Numbered from the stretch's first letter, positions 1 through 9,354 are shown. The stretch: DNA of 64,000 nt from an uncultured Eubacteriales bacterium (GCA_949841245.1 CATKYT010000001.1:10906-74905), one strand, 5' to 3'. Numbers and translations: made by a program. Notes: generated by a model from the letters alone, not told the origin.

Positions 1-2
1 AC

Positions 3-3000
3 TCTAATAATACAGTTATAAAAATTAAGAAAATAGATTTAGGCGCAAGAAATTATGTTATAACCATGGAAAATGGTTTCGGATATAAAGCAAGATTTTA
101 TTTCCGACTTGTCGCTTCAAACAATCCTACAATTAGTGCATCTGATTCAACAACAGTGTTTACAGAAGGAAACAAGATTGTGTTTGGAGGATTATTCCAC
201 AAAGTCAGAGAAGAAGGCATGACTTCATATCAGTTCTTATATGAAGAAGGCAAAACTTCCATAACTGTTCCACAAAACATTATTACTGGCTACACCTTGC
301 AAACAACAACCGTTTCTCATGGAACATTAACCAGAACAGTTTCATCTGGTTTTTCAGGAAACTCAATTGGTTTGACTGGCAAATATTATGACAGCAATAA
401 CACGGAAGTAGAAATAAACGATGCAAGCAGTTTTGCAGGTTGTGAATTCTATTTAAGTCTTAAAGTTGGCAGACAAGAAACGGAAGCCAACAGCCCAACA
501 ATGTTTAGTGTTTCCTATGGTGGCACTGTGCTTAAAACTGGCGAACATGTAATTGGTGTGGAAGAAAAAGCGACGATTGGAGATGAAAACACTGATGTCG
601 TATTCTTGAAAGATGTTGATGCATATGCATATTCAAACCTTTTGAAAGGCATTGACGAAAACTCTTGCAGAAAGTCCAAAGTAAATGGTTATCAAGTTGT
701 TGGCATCGAATTTTTGATTGATGGCAAAAATAACGGTAATCCGGTGGCAGCAGTAAATGTTGAAAACGGAAAAAATGGAGTTCAATTAGTTACGGGTTCA
801 AAATACAGTTTTGTTGAAACTAATTTACTTGCTGTGAAAGGTTATGACTTTAACAAAGATGCTGCTGCAACAGGTGGAATTTCAGTTGATGGAAACTATA
901 TGATTATTCCTAAGATTGACGGAATTTACTATGGCACAAAAAATTATGTCGATGTCACTATGAATGTAACCATTAAATTGGGAACTGAAACAGCCGTAAT
1001 TTCCAGAGATGTCAAAGTTCAAAGACAAGATGACAACGATTTGTTTGCAAATGCAAATTTAAGTTCAGGTTATTATGAAGTGAACAATGGTGATTACATT
1101 GTGGCAAAAACAGGCTTAAACCTTATCAATGACACATTGGAAGTTGTGCTTGAAAAAGATGAAAGTGTTAAATTTAAAATTTCAGTTGACGGTGTAATTT
1201 CAGATGTTTTGGAATTAACCAATTCTCATGATTACACAATTACAGAATATGTTGGAATCACAAGAAATCTTAAAGGTTTGTCTTCAAACTTGATGACTTC
1301 TTCAAGAATAACTATTGAAGAAACAGATTGTGTTGGAAGACCAAGATATTATTACAATGGAGCAGAAATATTTAAAAACCACAATGCAAACGACAACAAA
1401 GGCACATTTACAATTCAAAATTACACAGACAACTCTATTCAACTTAACATCAACAGCAAACAAGAACTTATGGGTTCCAACTTTAAGACGACAACTTTAT
1501 ATTTCTTAAATTCTGTTACAGAAGAAATAGATGGAAATGTAAAAACTTATGTTTACCAAAAAGAAGCAAACTTCCGAGTATATCGACTTTATAACATGGC
1601 AGGAACAACTGAAACTACAACGATAATTAAAGACTATATCAAGGTTACTTCTGGAACACAAACATCATATGCAATTCCATTTGAAAGTTGGGCAAGTTTT
1701 GTTCGTTTGATTCCATGTTATAGTGTTAACGGAAACATCCTTCCAATATTGTTGTCAACGAAATCTCCTTATGCTTTTGCATTTGAAACAACAAAAGGTG
1801 CTTCCGTAGACAAAGCCACAGGTTTAATTGTGACGGATGCCAATATTCAAATAGCCGCATATCGCTTCTCTGTAAAACTTTATTTAAAAGTTTCTGGAAA
1901 CAATGGGCAATTTGAAGATGACCAAAATTTAATTCAACTTGGTGAATTTGAATTTATGCTTGATGAAACCGCAACATTTAACAATGCTGTTGTCAACATT
2001 GATGAAAATGGTGGAGTTATTCAAGTTAACAATGTGGCAAACCCTGCCATTATGGTTGCAAACTATGGCACTCCTGCACAAGTTTATACATGCGCAAACA
2101 GCGCAATAAGTGTTTCATTGTTGAATCATTCAACAGAAAATGTGGCTGATGGAATTTACACAATCCCAGTAAACACATCTGTTGATGCATCAATTGCAAG
2201 TGAAAACACAACAGGTTTCAATAAGTCATACAGAATCGTGGCAATCGATGGCAAATATATTTCAAATCCAAATCATGTGTTTACAAAAAGTGGAAAATAC
2301 ACAGTGACAATTGCTGTGAATTTAAGAAAAGCAAACGAAAACAAGTATACAACAGAATATGTAAACAAAACAGTTTGGGTTTATGACAGACAGTCAGAAG
2401 ATGACATTTACCAAATTACAGTGGATTCCACAAGTGGAAGCAGTTCTTATGATTTGAACAACATTTTAAGTGGAGGCACATGGTATGAACTGAATCAATC
2501 TGGAAAAATTGCAGAATTAACTTCATCAAATGTGTTTTTGGAACCTTCTTCCAATAAACTTAAAGACTATATATTTGTTAAAGATGGAGTTGCAAAACAC
2601 ATTACAGTTTCCTTCTTTGCATATAATGAAGTCGTGGATAAAAAAGTAATGATTACAAACAACACAAGTGCGTTCGACCTTAATCTTATTTCAGATTTAA
2701 AAGACAGACAAATTTATAAAGTTATTGATGATTTACACATGAAATTAACTGGAATGGAAACAAGTTTCAACAAAATTGGAGAATACATCATTACTGGAAA
2801 AAATGCCAACAACGATGAAGAAATTGTCTATAAATACAGAGTAGATTTTGTTAAAGTTCAAGACAACACTACACTTTTAAACATGACAGTAAGTTCCACA
2901 GAAAATTTTGAAACAGAACTTAACAATCTTGTTCAAGAAAATTTGGATTCAAAAAACATCGTATGTGACGAGTTTGAAATTTTTGAAGTAACCAACAAAA

Positions 3001-3413
3001 TCTTTTTGGAAAACCCTAAGTTTGTCATTCCAGAAACACACAAAGAAAACACTTTAAGTGTGGACTATTTGGTGCAATACAAACAAGGAGGAACAATTGC
3101 AGGCAATTTCAAAATCAGAATTTCTTTCACTATTTACAGTCTTGCTGTAAATCTTGAATACGAAATGTCAAGCGTAGGACTTGTTTATTTGACATCTTTG
3201 GATGAAATGTTGCTTGATGAAATAAACAGATTGCAAGGCGAAAGTTTGCCATCGTCAGAAGTGAAATATTATGACGAAAAAGGCAATTTAAGGGAAACAA
3301 ACATAAGAATCATCACTTTCCCAACTACAGCAAAATACTATGTTGAAATTGGCGGAAAATATTTCTTCCTTACAGTGACTTTCACTACACCTGCCACGGA
3401 TGATGGTGTTTAA
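3..3413 (+). CDS. C-terminal part of a large secreted/surface protein; the 5' end lies upstream of the window
   Basis: The frame of listed ORF 66..3413 stays open back to nt 3 (tct aat aat aca gtt ... acc ATG, no stop). There is no SD or signal peptide at Met-66. Composition is Thr/Asn/Val-rich and beta-type, like the other giant proteins here. Confidence 0.6.
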   Translation, partial: SNNTVIKIKKIDLGARNYVITMENGFGYKARFYFRLVASNNPTISASDSTTVFTEGNKIVFGGLFHKVREEGMTSYQFLYEEGKTSITVPQNIITGYTLQTTTVSHGTLTRTVSSGFSGNSIGLTGKYYDSNNTEVEINDASSFAGCEFYLSLKVGRQETEANSPTMFSVSYGGTVLKTGEHVIGVEEKATIGDENTDVVFLKDVDAYAYSNLLKGIDENSCRKSKVNGYQVVGIEFLIDGKNNGNPVAAVNVENGKNGVQLVTGSKYSFVETNLLAVKGYDFNKDAAATGGISVDGNYMIIPKIDGIYYGTKNYVDVTMNVTIKLGTETAVISRDVKVQRQDDNDLFANANLSSGYYEVNNGDYIVAKTGLNLINDTLEVVLEKDESVKFKISVDGVISDVLELTNSHDYTITEYVGITRNLKGLSSNLMTSSRITIEETDCVGRPRYYYNGAEIFKNHNANDNKGTFTIQNYTDNSIQLNINSKQELMGSNFKTTTLYFLNSVTEEIDGNVKTYVYQKEANFRVYRLYNMAGTTETTTIIKDYIKVTSGTQTSYAIPFESWASFVRLIPCYSVNGNILPILLSTKSPYAFAFETTKGASVDKATGLIVTDANIQIAAYRFSVKLYLKVSGNNGQFEDDQNLIQLGEFEFMLDETATFNNAVVNIDENGGVIQVNNVANPAIMVANYGTPAQVYTCANSAISVSLLNHSTENVADGIYTIPVNTSVDASIASENTTGFNKSYRIVAIDGKYISNPNHVFTKSGKYTVTIAVNLRKANENKYTTEYVNKTVWVYDRQSEDDIYQITVDSTSGSSSYDLNNILSGGTWYELNQSGKIAELTSSNVFLEPSSNKLKDYIFVKDGVAKHITVSFFAYNEVVDKKVMITNNTSAFDLNLISDLKDRQIYKVIDDLHMKLTGMETSFNKIGEYIITGKNANNDEEIVYKYRVDFVKVQDNTTLLNMTVSSTENFETELNNLVQENLDSKNIVCDEFEIFEVTNKIFLENPKFVIPETHKENTLSVDYLVQYKQGGTIAGNFKIRISFTIYSLAVNLEYEMSSVGLVYLTSLDEMLLDEINRLQGESLPSSEVKYYDEKGNLRETNIRIITFPTTAKYYVEIGGKYFFLTVTFTTPATDDGV

Positions 3414-3424
3414 GGGGTGATTAC

Positions 3425-4870
3425 ATGTTAGGTTTTTGGCTTTTTATTGCTTACATTTCTTTAAATTTTTTGCTGTTCATTTCCATGGTGTTTTTGGAAA
3501 GAAAAAAACTGTCAGCTGTCATCAGTTGGACGACAATCTTGACAATTTTGCCATATTTTGGTTTTGTGCTTTATTTAATTTTTGGAAGTGGACTTTCCAT
3601 TCGTGTCAGACGAATGATTTCCCGACACAAACTTTATGAATCAGGATATGATGAAGCAATTAATGATTATTTAATTTCTGACAATCAAATCTGGAAAGAC
3701 TTTAAAAACGATGCAAGTTTGGTTGCTTGTGCATACAAATATGGCAGTGTTCTTTGCCCTAATAACAAAGTTAAAATTTTCTTGTGGGGAAAAGACAAAA
3801 TTGATGCCTTAATTGCCGATCTTGAAAACGCCAAACACAGCATCAATATGGAATATTACATTTTTGAAGATGATGAAGTTGGAAAGCGTGTAATGGATGT
3901 GCTTGTCAAAAAGGCAAAGGAAGGCGTTAAAGTGCGTTTCATTTATGATTCCATTGGCAGTTTGCATGCTCCAAGACGCTTCTTCCGTCGTTTGAAAAAA
4001 GCAGGCGGAGAAGTGGCTGAATTCTTCCCACCATTCGCACACATTCGTTTAATCAATTTAAAACTCAATTACAGAAACCATAAAAAAATTGTCGTGATTG
4101 ATGGAAAGATTGGTTACACAGGCGGAATTAACATTCGTGATGACCACATGGGGAAAAAGAAAAGACTTTCTCCATGGCGTGACACTCATGTTCGCATTGA
4201 AGGTCTGGGAGTTTATCCACTTCAAAACTGCTTTTTAAACGATTGGAGATATATTAAAAAAGAAAAATATGCTCCACTTTATTACATTGAAAAGGGTTAT
4301 TTCCCAATTCCAGAACTTACTGGAAACATTGCTATGCAAGTTGTTACTTCGGGTCCAGACAGCCCTATTCAAGGCATAAAAGAAACTTTCATTAAGATGA
4401 TTACAAATGCAAAGAATGAAGTTTTCATTCAAACACCATATTTCATTCCTGATGAATCTTTTGCAACGGCACTGCGGATCGCGTTGGCAAGTGGTGTCAA
4501 GGTTAAAATCATGGTTCCAAGAAAACCTGACCATCGAACAGTTTATTGGGTGACACTTTCTTATTTAAAAGAATTTGTGGACCTTGGTGTGGAAGTTTAT
4601 TTATATAACGGTTTCTTGCACAGCAAAACCATTATTGTGGATGACAACAAACTTTCCATTGGAACATGCAATCTTGATAATCGTTCGTTTGGGCTTAACT
4701 TTGAAGACACTGTTTTGTTTTTTTCAAAGGATTTAAACAATGAATATAAGGGTTATTTCAAAGAAGACGAAAAGCATTGCCTTTATGCCGATAAAGCTTA
4801 TTTTAAAAGAAAACGCCCGCTTACAAGATTTTTACAGGCAATATTCCGATTGTTTTCAGAAATATTTTAA
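3425..4870 (+). CDS. cls: cardiolipin synthase (phospholipase D family)
   Basis: Two N-terminal TM helices and two HKD motifs (NHKKIVVIDGKIGYTGGINI and LHSKTIIVDDNKLSIGTCNLDNRS). SD AAGGGGTGA lies upstream of the ATG. Confidence 0.9.
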   Translation: MLGFWLFIAYISLNFLLFISMVFLERKKLSAVISWTTILTILPYFGFVLYLIFGSGLSIRVRRMISRHKLYESGYDEAINDYLISDNQIWKDFKNDASLVACAYKYGSVLCPNNKVKIFLWGKDKIDALIADLENAKHSINMEYYIFEDDEVGKRVMDVLVKKAKEGVKVRFIYDSIGSLHAPRRFFRRLKKAGGEVAEFFPPFAHIRLINLKLNYRNHKKIVVIDGKIGYTGGINIRDDHMGKKKRLSPWRDTHVRIEGLGVYPLQNCFLNDWRYIKKEKYAPLYYIEKGYFPIPELTGNIAMQVVTSGPDSPIQGIKETFIKMITNAKNEVFIQTPYFIPDESFATALRIALASGVKVKIMVPRKPDHRTVYWVTLSYLKEFVDLGVEVYLYNGFLHSKTIIVDDNKLSIGTCNLDNRSFGLNFEDTVLFFSKDLNNEYKGYFKEDEKHCLYADKAYFKRKRPLTRFLQAIFRLFSEIF

Positions 4871-4872
4871 AC

Positions 4873-4907
4873 AAAAAAAAGACTTTACAAAATGTAAAGT
4901 CTTTTTT
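4873..4907. terminator. bidirectional rho-independent terminator between convergent cls and 4922..5437
   Basis: A-run, then stem agactttaca / tgtaaagtct with loop aaa, then T-run. Confidence 0.6.
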
Positions 4908-4921
4908 AAAGTCAAACTGAC

Positions 4922-5437
4922 TTATTTGATAATTCCTTTTTTGTCAAGGATAATTAAAGTAACGCTTGCTGCAAGAAGAACTCCGCCTATAACCATAAAA
5001 GCAATTGACAAATCTCTTAAAACAAAAGATGTGTTGCACTTCATAATCATTTTTTCACTTGTAGTTGGATTAAGTCCGCTAATTTCAAATGAATTAATTT
5101 TTCCTACTTCATTATATAAGCTATCTTCTGTTTGAGCAATAAGAAGTTTGCCGTCTTCTATTTTATAGAAAACAATCATTGGATCCATGCTTAAATCTTC
5201 TGAAACTTCTCCATTTATTTTTGTTTCTGATTTTATTTCAAGTTCTTTAGCGTTTTTGAAAGTATAATATGCTACGCTTTCAGCAGATTGCCCGCCAAAT
5301 TCCATTTTTGCACTATAATGATATGTAGTGCCGTGTGGAACTAAGCAAACCACCATCAGAACCACCATAAATGCCACAAACAAAATGCTTGAAATAATTG
5401 CAAGTGGTGTTTTTGAGAATTTTAATAAACCTTTCAT
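4922..5437 (-). CDS. small membrane-anchored surface protein (N- and C-terminal TM helices), unknown function
   Basis: 171-aa ORF with hydrophobic helices at both ends and SD AGGAGG 6 nt upstream of the ATG. It is driven by the poly-C-spacer promoter at 5471..5499. Confidence 0.6.
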   Translation of the reverse strand: MKGLLKFSKTPLAIISSILFVAFMVVLMVVCLVPHGTTYHYSAKMEFGGQSAESVAYYTFKNAKELEIKSETKINGEVSEDLSMDPMIVFYKIEDGKLLIAQTEDSLYNEVGKINSFEISGLNPTTSEKMIMKCNTSFVLRDLSIAFMVIGGVLLAASVTLIILDKKGIIK

Positions 5438-5470
5438 TTCAACCTCCTTTTTATTATTTTCTCATAATTA

Positions 5471-5499
5471 ATTATAAACGGGGGGGGGGAATTTGTCAA
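5471..5499 (-). promoter_or_regulatory. sigma-70-type promoter TTGACA-17-TATAAT whose spacer is AATT-C10-GTT
   Basis: The minus strand reads TTGACAaattccccccccccgttTATAAT. The -35 is at 5499..5494, the -10 at 5476..5471, and the spacer is exactly 17 nt, 10 of them the homopolymer. Confidence 0.6.
5480..5489. repeat. G10/C10 homopolymeric tract (candidate slipped-strand phase-variation site)
   Basis: Counted directly: g at 5480 plus ggggggggg at 5481..5489, in an otherwise AT-rich intergenic region. Confidence 0.9.
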
Positions 5500-5526
5500 T
5501 TAAATTTAACACAAACACAATAGTAT

Positions 5527-5555
5527 TTGGAAAACCTTTGTTTTTTGGTTATAAT
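5527..5555 (+). promoter_or_regulatory. putative promoter TTGGAA-17-TATAAT for 5574..6122
   Basis: TTGGAA at 5527..5532, a 17-nt spacer, TATAAT at 5550..5555, followed by SD AAGGAG and TTG at 5574. Confidence 0.4.
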
Positions 5556-5573
5556 TTAATAAAGGAGAATAAG

Positions 5574-6122
5574 TTGGACGCAAGTGATTTTACAAGCAGA
5601 GATGTTGCTTACAAAGGTTTTGTTGCTTACAGAAAAGCAGTTTTAGACCACGAAGAAGACGGAAGATTTATGGACGCTTTCACAGAACTTTGTGCCATTG
5701 CTCTTTCTGGCGATTGTGTTGCACAAGATTGTGTAGCATATTTTTTCAACCGTGGTGTTCCAAATTTGTTAAGTCCAAATTACAACTATTACATGTCTTG
5801 GCTTATTTTGGCTGGGGCAAACGGAAACATCTTCGCCATGGAAAAATTGGAATTTTTCTTGGGAAAAGTTGTTGAAGCCATTATTGATGATGAAGAAATT
5901 TTATATTATGCATTAAAAAACAGAAACATATCCAAAAACAACGCCATACATGTCATCACAAATCTGCTTTGTGAAGGTGTTGTGGATGAATTGAAACTTA
6001 ACCCAAAAAATCTTATTGAAATAAAGAAAGAGAAAATTGAATACTCTCCACAAAAAGAAAGAGTTTTCACAACCGCGCTTGACAATTGCATTAAACGTGT
6101 TTTGGAATATTTAGTGTCTTAG
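5574..6122 (+). CDS. hypothetical protein (start moved to TTG 5574)
   Basis: The listed ORF 5493..6122 starts inside the divergent promoter. The in-frame TTG at 5574 has SD AAGGAG 6 nt upstream and its own promoter. No recognisable motif. Confidence 0.5.
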   Translation: MDASDFTSRDVAYKGFVAYRKAVLDHEEDGRFMDAFTELCAIALSGDCVAQDCVAYFFNRGVPNLLSPNYNYYMSWLILAGANGNIFAMEKLEFFLGKVVEAIIDDEEILYYALKNRNISKNNAIHVITNLLCEGVVDELKLNPKNLIEIKKEKIEYSPQKERVFTTALDNCIKRVLEYLVS

Positions 6123-6631
6123 TCAACAACCATAAAGCCTTCTGTGGCAAAACTTTCAGCAAAAACAGAAGAAACTGATGTGATGATTTGGTTGCACATT
6201 TCAAGTTCTCCACTTTTAATTGACAACATCATCGTCTTTAAAATAAGCAAGTTTTCCAAAGAAACAAGACTTAAAAATGCCATATTATCATCTGCCACAC
6301 ATTTCATTTTGTGTGGTTTTTTATAATCAAACTTTTCACAAAGCAGTTCTTGTGCTTGACTTAGACGCTCTTTTAAAAGCCCTGAATCCAAATTGCTGTC
6401 AAGTTTTTTAAGACAAGCCTGCATTTTAGATATTATGACAAGAACTTCTCCGATAAGCAATCTAAATTCTTCATCTTCCAAGCGAATAAAAACAAAACCT
6501 TTGTTTTTCAGTGATTTTGAATATGCTTTTGCAATTGTTTCAAAATCTTCTGGCATCATTTCGTCATTATACTCATATTTCATATTTGTTTTTATGTTTG
6601 CTTTTTTTATTTTGACAACAAAAAAGCACAA
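6119..6631 (-). CDS. hypothetical protein downstream of the coupling-protein gene (start uncertain)
   Basis: 170-aa ORF on the same strand as 6692..8668. No motif recognised and no clear SD. Confidence 0.4.
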   Translation of the reverse strand: MCFFVVKIKKANIKTNMKYEYNDEMMPEDFETIAKAYSKSLKNKGFVFIRLEDEEFRLLIGEVLVIISKMQACLKKLDSNLDSGLLKERLSQAQELLCEKFDYKKPHKMKCVADDNMAFLSLVSLENLLILKTMMLSIKSGELEMCNQIITSVSSVFAESFATEGFMVVD

Positions 6632-6691
6632 ATATTTGTGCTTTTCTTTTTTATTTAAATTTAAGTTTTAAAAACTTGCCAAAATTTTATT

Positions 6692-8668
6692 TTATTCAAA
6701 TGGATTTCTTGGTTTCAAAACTTTGCTGTTTCTCATCTTGATGTCATAATGAACTTTTGCTGTGTCAAGACTTTTCATGATTCCAACTGACTTTTGTGCG
6801 TCTTTTGTATAGAAGAACGGTGTTTGATAATAAGGTGTAAGTTTTAAACGCATTGGGTTATATCTGAAAAGTTTAACAATGACTGTTCCAACTTCCAACT
6901 GACCAAGTTCGTAAGGGGAAATAAGGGCGCGAGTTGTTCTTTGTGTGTTGGTTGTCGTATTGCGTTCAGAAATGTTTTTATCATTTTTAGAAACCGATGT
7001 TTCTTCGTGAAGCAACTGAACCTCTCCACACATTTTAGAGAAACTGTCACGAGTTGGTTGGTCGTCTGTTCCGATGAAGATTTGAGCGTTGCAGTTTCCA
7101 ATGATTGTTTTGGCTGCTTCTTGACCATATTTAGTTTCCAACTGAGTGTAGGACTGAACTGCCAATTCGTAAAGAATGTTTCTGCCACGGGAAACGGTGA
7201 TCATGCTGTCAAATTTTGGAATAGGTGGCAAGTTACCAAATTCTTCCAAAATAAAGTAAACATGGTTTGGAAGTTTTTGTCCAGCGCATGAGTTTGCCTT
7301 GTCAACCAAACGTTTATAAAGTTGTGACAAGCAAAGAATTGCCAAGTTGTGTCTTTCTTCTCTGTCATCAGGAATAATCAAATAAAACGCGGTTGGTTTG
7401 CTTGTGAAATCGTCAAAACTTATGTCACTTTGAGAAGTAAGGTAAGATATTCCAATGTCGTTCATGAAAGAGATTTTTCCGTTCAAAACACCCAAATAAG
7501 ATTTTGTTGTGTTTGGAGAGTTGTTGATTACGGCACTTGTCAAGTTTGGAACATTGGATGTTGCATCATCTCTGCCTTGAAGCAAATATCTTCTGATTGT
7601 GTCAAAAGGTGCTTCGGCATCTGGATCTCTGTAAGTGGCAATTTTGTAAAGATTATAGAAATTGAATTTTTCTTTTGTCATGCCAAGTTCAGGATTCATG
7701 CTGTCTTCCAGCATAGCAAGGGCAACGCCATAAAGGAAATCTTGTGCACCTTCTTCCCATGTTGGGTCTTGTGCTTTAGATTTTGGAGCAATTGTGTTGA
7801 CAATTTCTTTAAGTTCGTTTTGTGCAAGGTCGCAATAAACTTGTTCGGCACTTGCAACGGCAACTCTTAAACTGTCTTCATCTGGATAAGCCACTCCTTC
7901 AAAACCAAACCAAAATTCGCCATATTTTTCATTTGGAATTTCTTCATAGCCAGCGTTTTTTGGTTTTATATTGCCAGGGAATTTTTTAATGTTGTGTCTG
8001 CAATTTTTCCCTTTGTGATATGTTTCATATGCGTGTTCCATTGGATTCCATCTTGTGGAAGAAAACGGATCTCTAAGGTCAAGTGTGATGACTCTGTAGC
8101 CTTCGTCTTCCAAAATTTTGCTGGTCTTTGTGTAAAGTTCGCCTTTAGGGTCGGAAATTACCATGCAAGGTTTTTCTCCAGAGTGAGCGTAAATTCTGAT
8201 TGAAGGAATTAAACATAAAGTTGATTTACCAGATGCCGTCGTTCCGATGATAAGACAATGATATTCATCTTTCATGGCAATTTGATATTTTCCGCCTTCA
8301 ATTGTGTTTCTAAACACAATTCCTGTTTTCTTTAAAGATGGCAAAGCAGACCATGTTGTTGCAATTAATTTTTGTTGATCTTTAATTTCTTCTGGCTTAA
8401 GCCATTTTGCATCATAGTTCAAATCCATGACATCGCCACTAGATGTTTTTCCTTGGGATTTAGTTAAATCTTTGCTTGGCTTTGTCATAAACAAATAAAA
8501 CAGCCAAAGCGCAAATCCGGCTGCAAGACCTATGCCACCATATTGTAAAAGATTAGAAGTGTTAAAACCACTGTCTAACGCATAAGAGATTCCAGCGCCA
8601 GCAGCAGCACCGAAAATTAAAAATAAAGCAAAAATTGTTATTTTACCTTTTTTTACTTTTTTAGACAT
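6692..8668 (-). CDS. type IV secretion coupling protein, VirD4/TraG/TraD family
   Basis: N-terminal TM helices, Walker A GTTASGKST, Walker B-like VYFILEEFGNLP and a family-typical C-terminal region (VSRGRNILYELAVQSYTQLETKYG). SD AAGGAG is present. Confidence 0.85.
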   Translation of the reverse strand: MSKKVKKGKITIFALFLIFGAAAGAGISYALDSGFNTSNLLQYGGIGLAAGFALWLFYLFMTKPSKDLTKSQGKTSSGDVMDLNYDAKWLKPEEIKDQQKLIATTWSALPSLKKTGIVFRNTIEGGKYQIAMKDEYHCLIIGTTASGKSTLCLIPSIRIYAHSGEKPCMVISDPKGELYTKTSKILEDEGYRVITLDLRDPFSSTRWNPMEHAYETYHKGKNCRHNIKKFPGNIKPKNAGYEEIPNEKYGEFWFGFEGVAYPDEDSLRVAVASAEQVYCDLAQNELKEIVNTIAPKSKAQDPTWEEGAQDFLYGVALAMLEDSMNPELGMTKEKFNFYNLYKIATYRDPDAEAPFDTIRRYLLQGRDDATSNVPNLTSAVINNSPNTTKSYLGVLNGKISFMNDIGISYLTSQSDISFDDFTSKPTAFYLIIPDDREERHNLAILCLSQLYKRLVDKANSCAGQKLPNHVYFILEEFGNLPPIPKFDSMITVSRGRNILYELAVQSYTQLETKYGQEAAKTIIGNCNAQIFIGTDDQPTRDSFSKMCGEVQLLHEETSVSKNDKNISERNTTTNTQRTTRALISPYELGQLEVGTVIVKLFRYNPMRLKLTPYYQTPFFYTKDAQKSVGIMKSLDTAKVHYDIKMRNSKVLKPRNPFE

Positions 8669-8754
8669 AATAAACTCCTTATAGATTTATTTTAAACATA
8701 AAAACAAAAAAAAGCAAGTAAAGACAAAGATTTTTTCAGTTTTAAGGCAATAAA

Positions 8755-8783
8755 TTGACATTACATTCAAAAGACATTATAAT
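8755..8783 (+). promoter_or_regulatory. consensus promoter TTGACA-17-TATAAT for tRNA-Arg
   Basis: TTGACA at 8755..8760, a 17-nt spacer, TATAAT at 8778..8783. The tRNA starts 12 nt downstream. Confidence 0.6.
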
Positions 8784-8794
8784 AAGAAAGAAAT

Positions 8795-8869
8795 GCTCTC
8801 ATAGTGTAATGGATAGCACACGAGTCTTCGGAACTCGGCGTATGGGTTCGAATCCTATTGAGAGCGCCA
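8795..8869 (+). tRNA. tRNA-Arg (anticodon UCG), CCA encoded
   Basis: Acceptor stem gctctca/tgagagc. Anticodon stem cgagt/actcg with loop cTTCGga. T-arm atggg-ttcgaat-cctat. Discriminator g followed by cca. Confidence 0.9.
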
Positions 8870-8910
8870 AATTTTATTGAATTAACTTTTTAAAGGAGTG
8901 GTAAATTTAA

Positions 8911-9344
8911 ATGCAAGACGGTGTTATGATTATGTCCATCTTGACTTATTATGCCAAACAAATATTTGATGGAACTAAAAATTTTGAGTTTAGAAAAAGA
9001 CCGCTGAAAACTTCTGATTTAAATCGTGAATTTTTGTTTATTCTGCAAAGGATGACAAGTCGATTATAGGTTCTTTTAAGGTGAAAGAAATTTTGCATGG
9101 AAATACCACTGAAATTTTGAAGTTAACGGGTTATGATAAGAGAAATGACACATATGAAATAGTTGAATATTTTGGACAAGCAAACAAAAACTGCTATGCT
9201 TTAAGACTTTATGATGTTAAAAAGTTTAAAAATCCTGTTACATTGAATCAGTTAAGAAGTGTCAATCCAAAAGTGCAACTGCCACAATATTATTGTTATA
9301 TAAAAACAAACAACCCTTTATATTCACTTATCTGTAAAAATTAA
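8911..9344 (+). pseudogene. ASCH-domain protein gene interrupted by a 1-nt frameshift in a T-run near 9031..9040
   Basis: ATG 8911 with SD AAAGGAG gives MQDG..IFDGTKNFEFRKRPLKTSDLNREF and then a stop at 9066..9068. The other frame is open from 9030 and reads ..YSAKDDKSIIGSFKVKEILHGNT.. into listed ORF 9081..9344. Joined, the two parts resemble one ~140-aa ASCH protein. Confidence 0.6.
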
Positions 9345-9354
9345 GGAGAAAATA

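Noticed and set aside
5493-5573. Listed TTG start at 5493 for ORF 5493..6122.
   Set aside because: The codon lies next to the -35 element of the divergent poly-C promoter. A promoter-like TTGGAA-17-TATAAT and an SD sit inside the supposed coding region, upstream of the in-frame TTG at 5574.
9031-9040. Programmed -1 ribosomal frameshift in the ASCH gene.
   Set aside because: The sequence gaa ttt ttg ttt a is not an X XXY YYZ heptamer in the zero frame, and no downstream stimulatory structure is evident. A simple indel or sequencing error in a T-run is more parsimonious.
8795-9100. Possibility of an integrated mobile element using tRNA-Arg as its att site.
   Set aside because: I saw no integrase or recombinase gene and no direct repeat of the tRNA 3' end in the window. 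The T4CP gene lies on the 5' side of the tRNA, not the usual 3' side. I kept only a weak island hypothesis.
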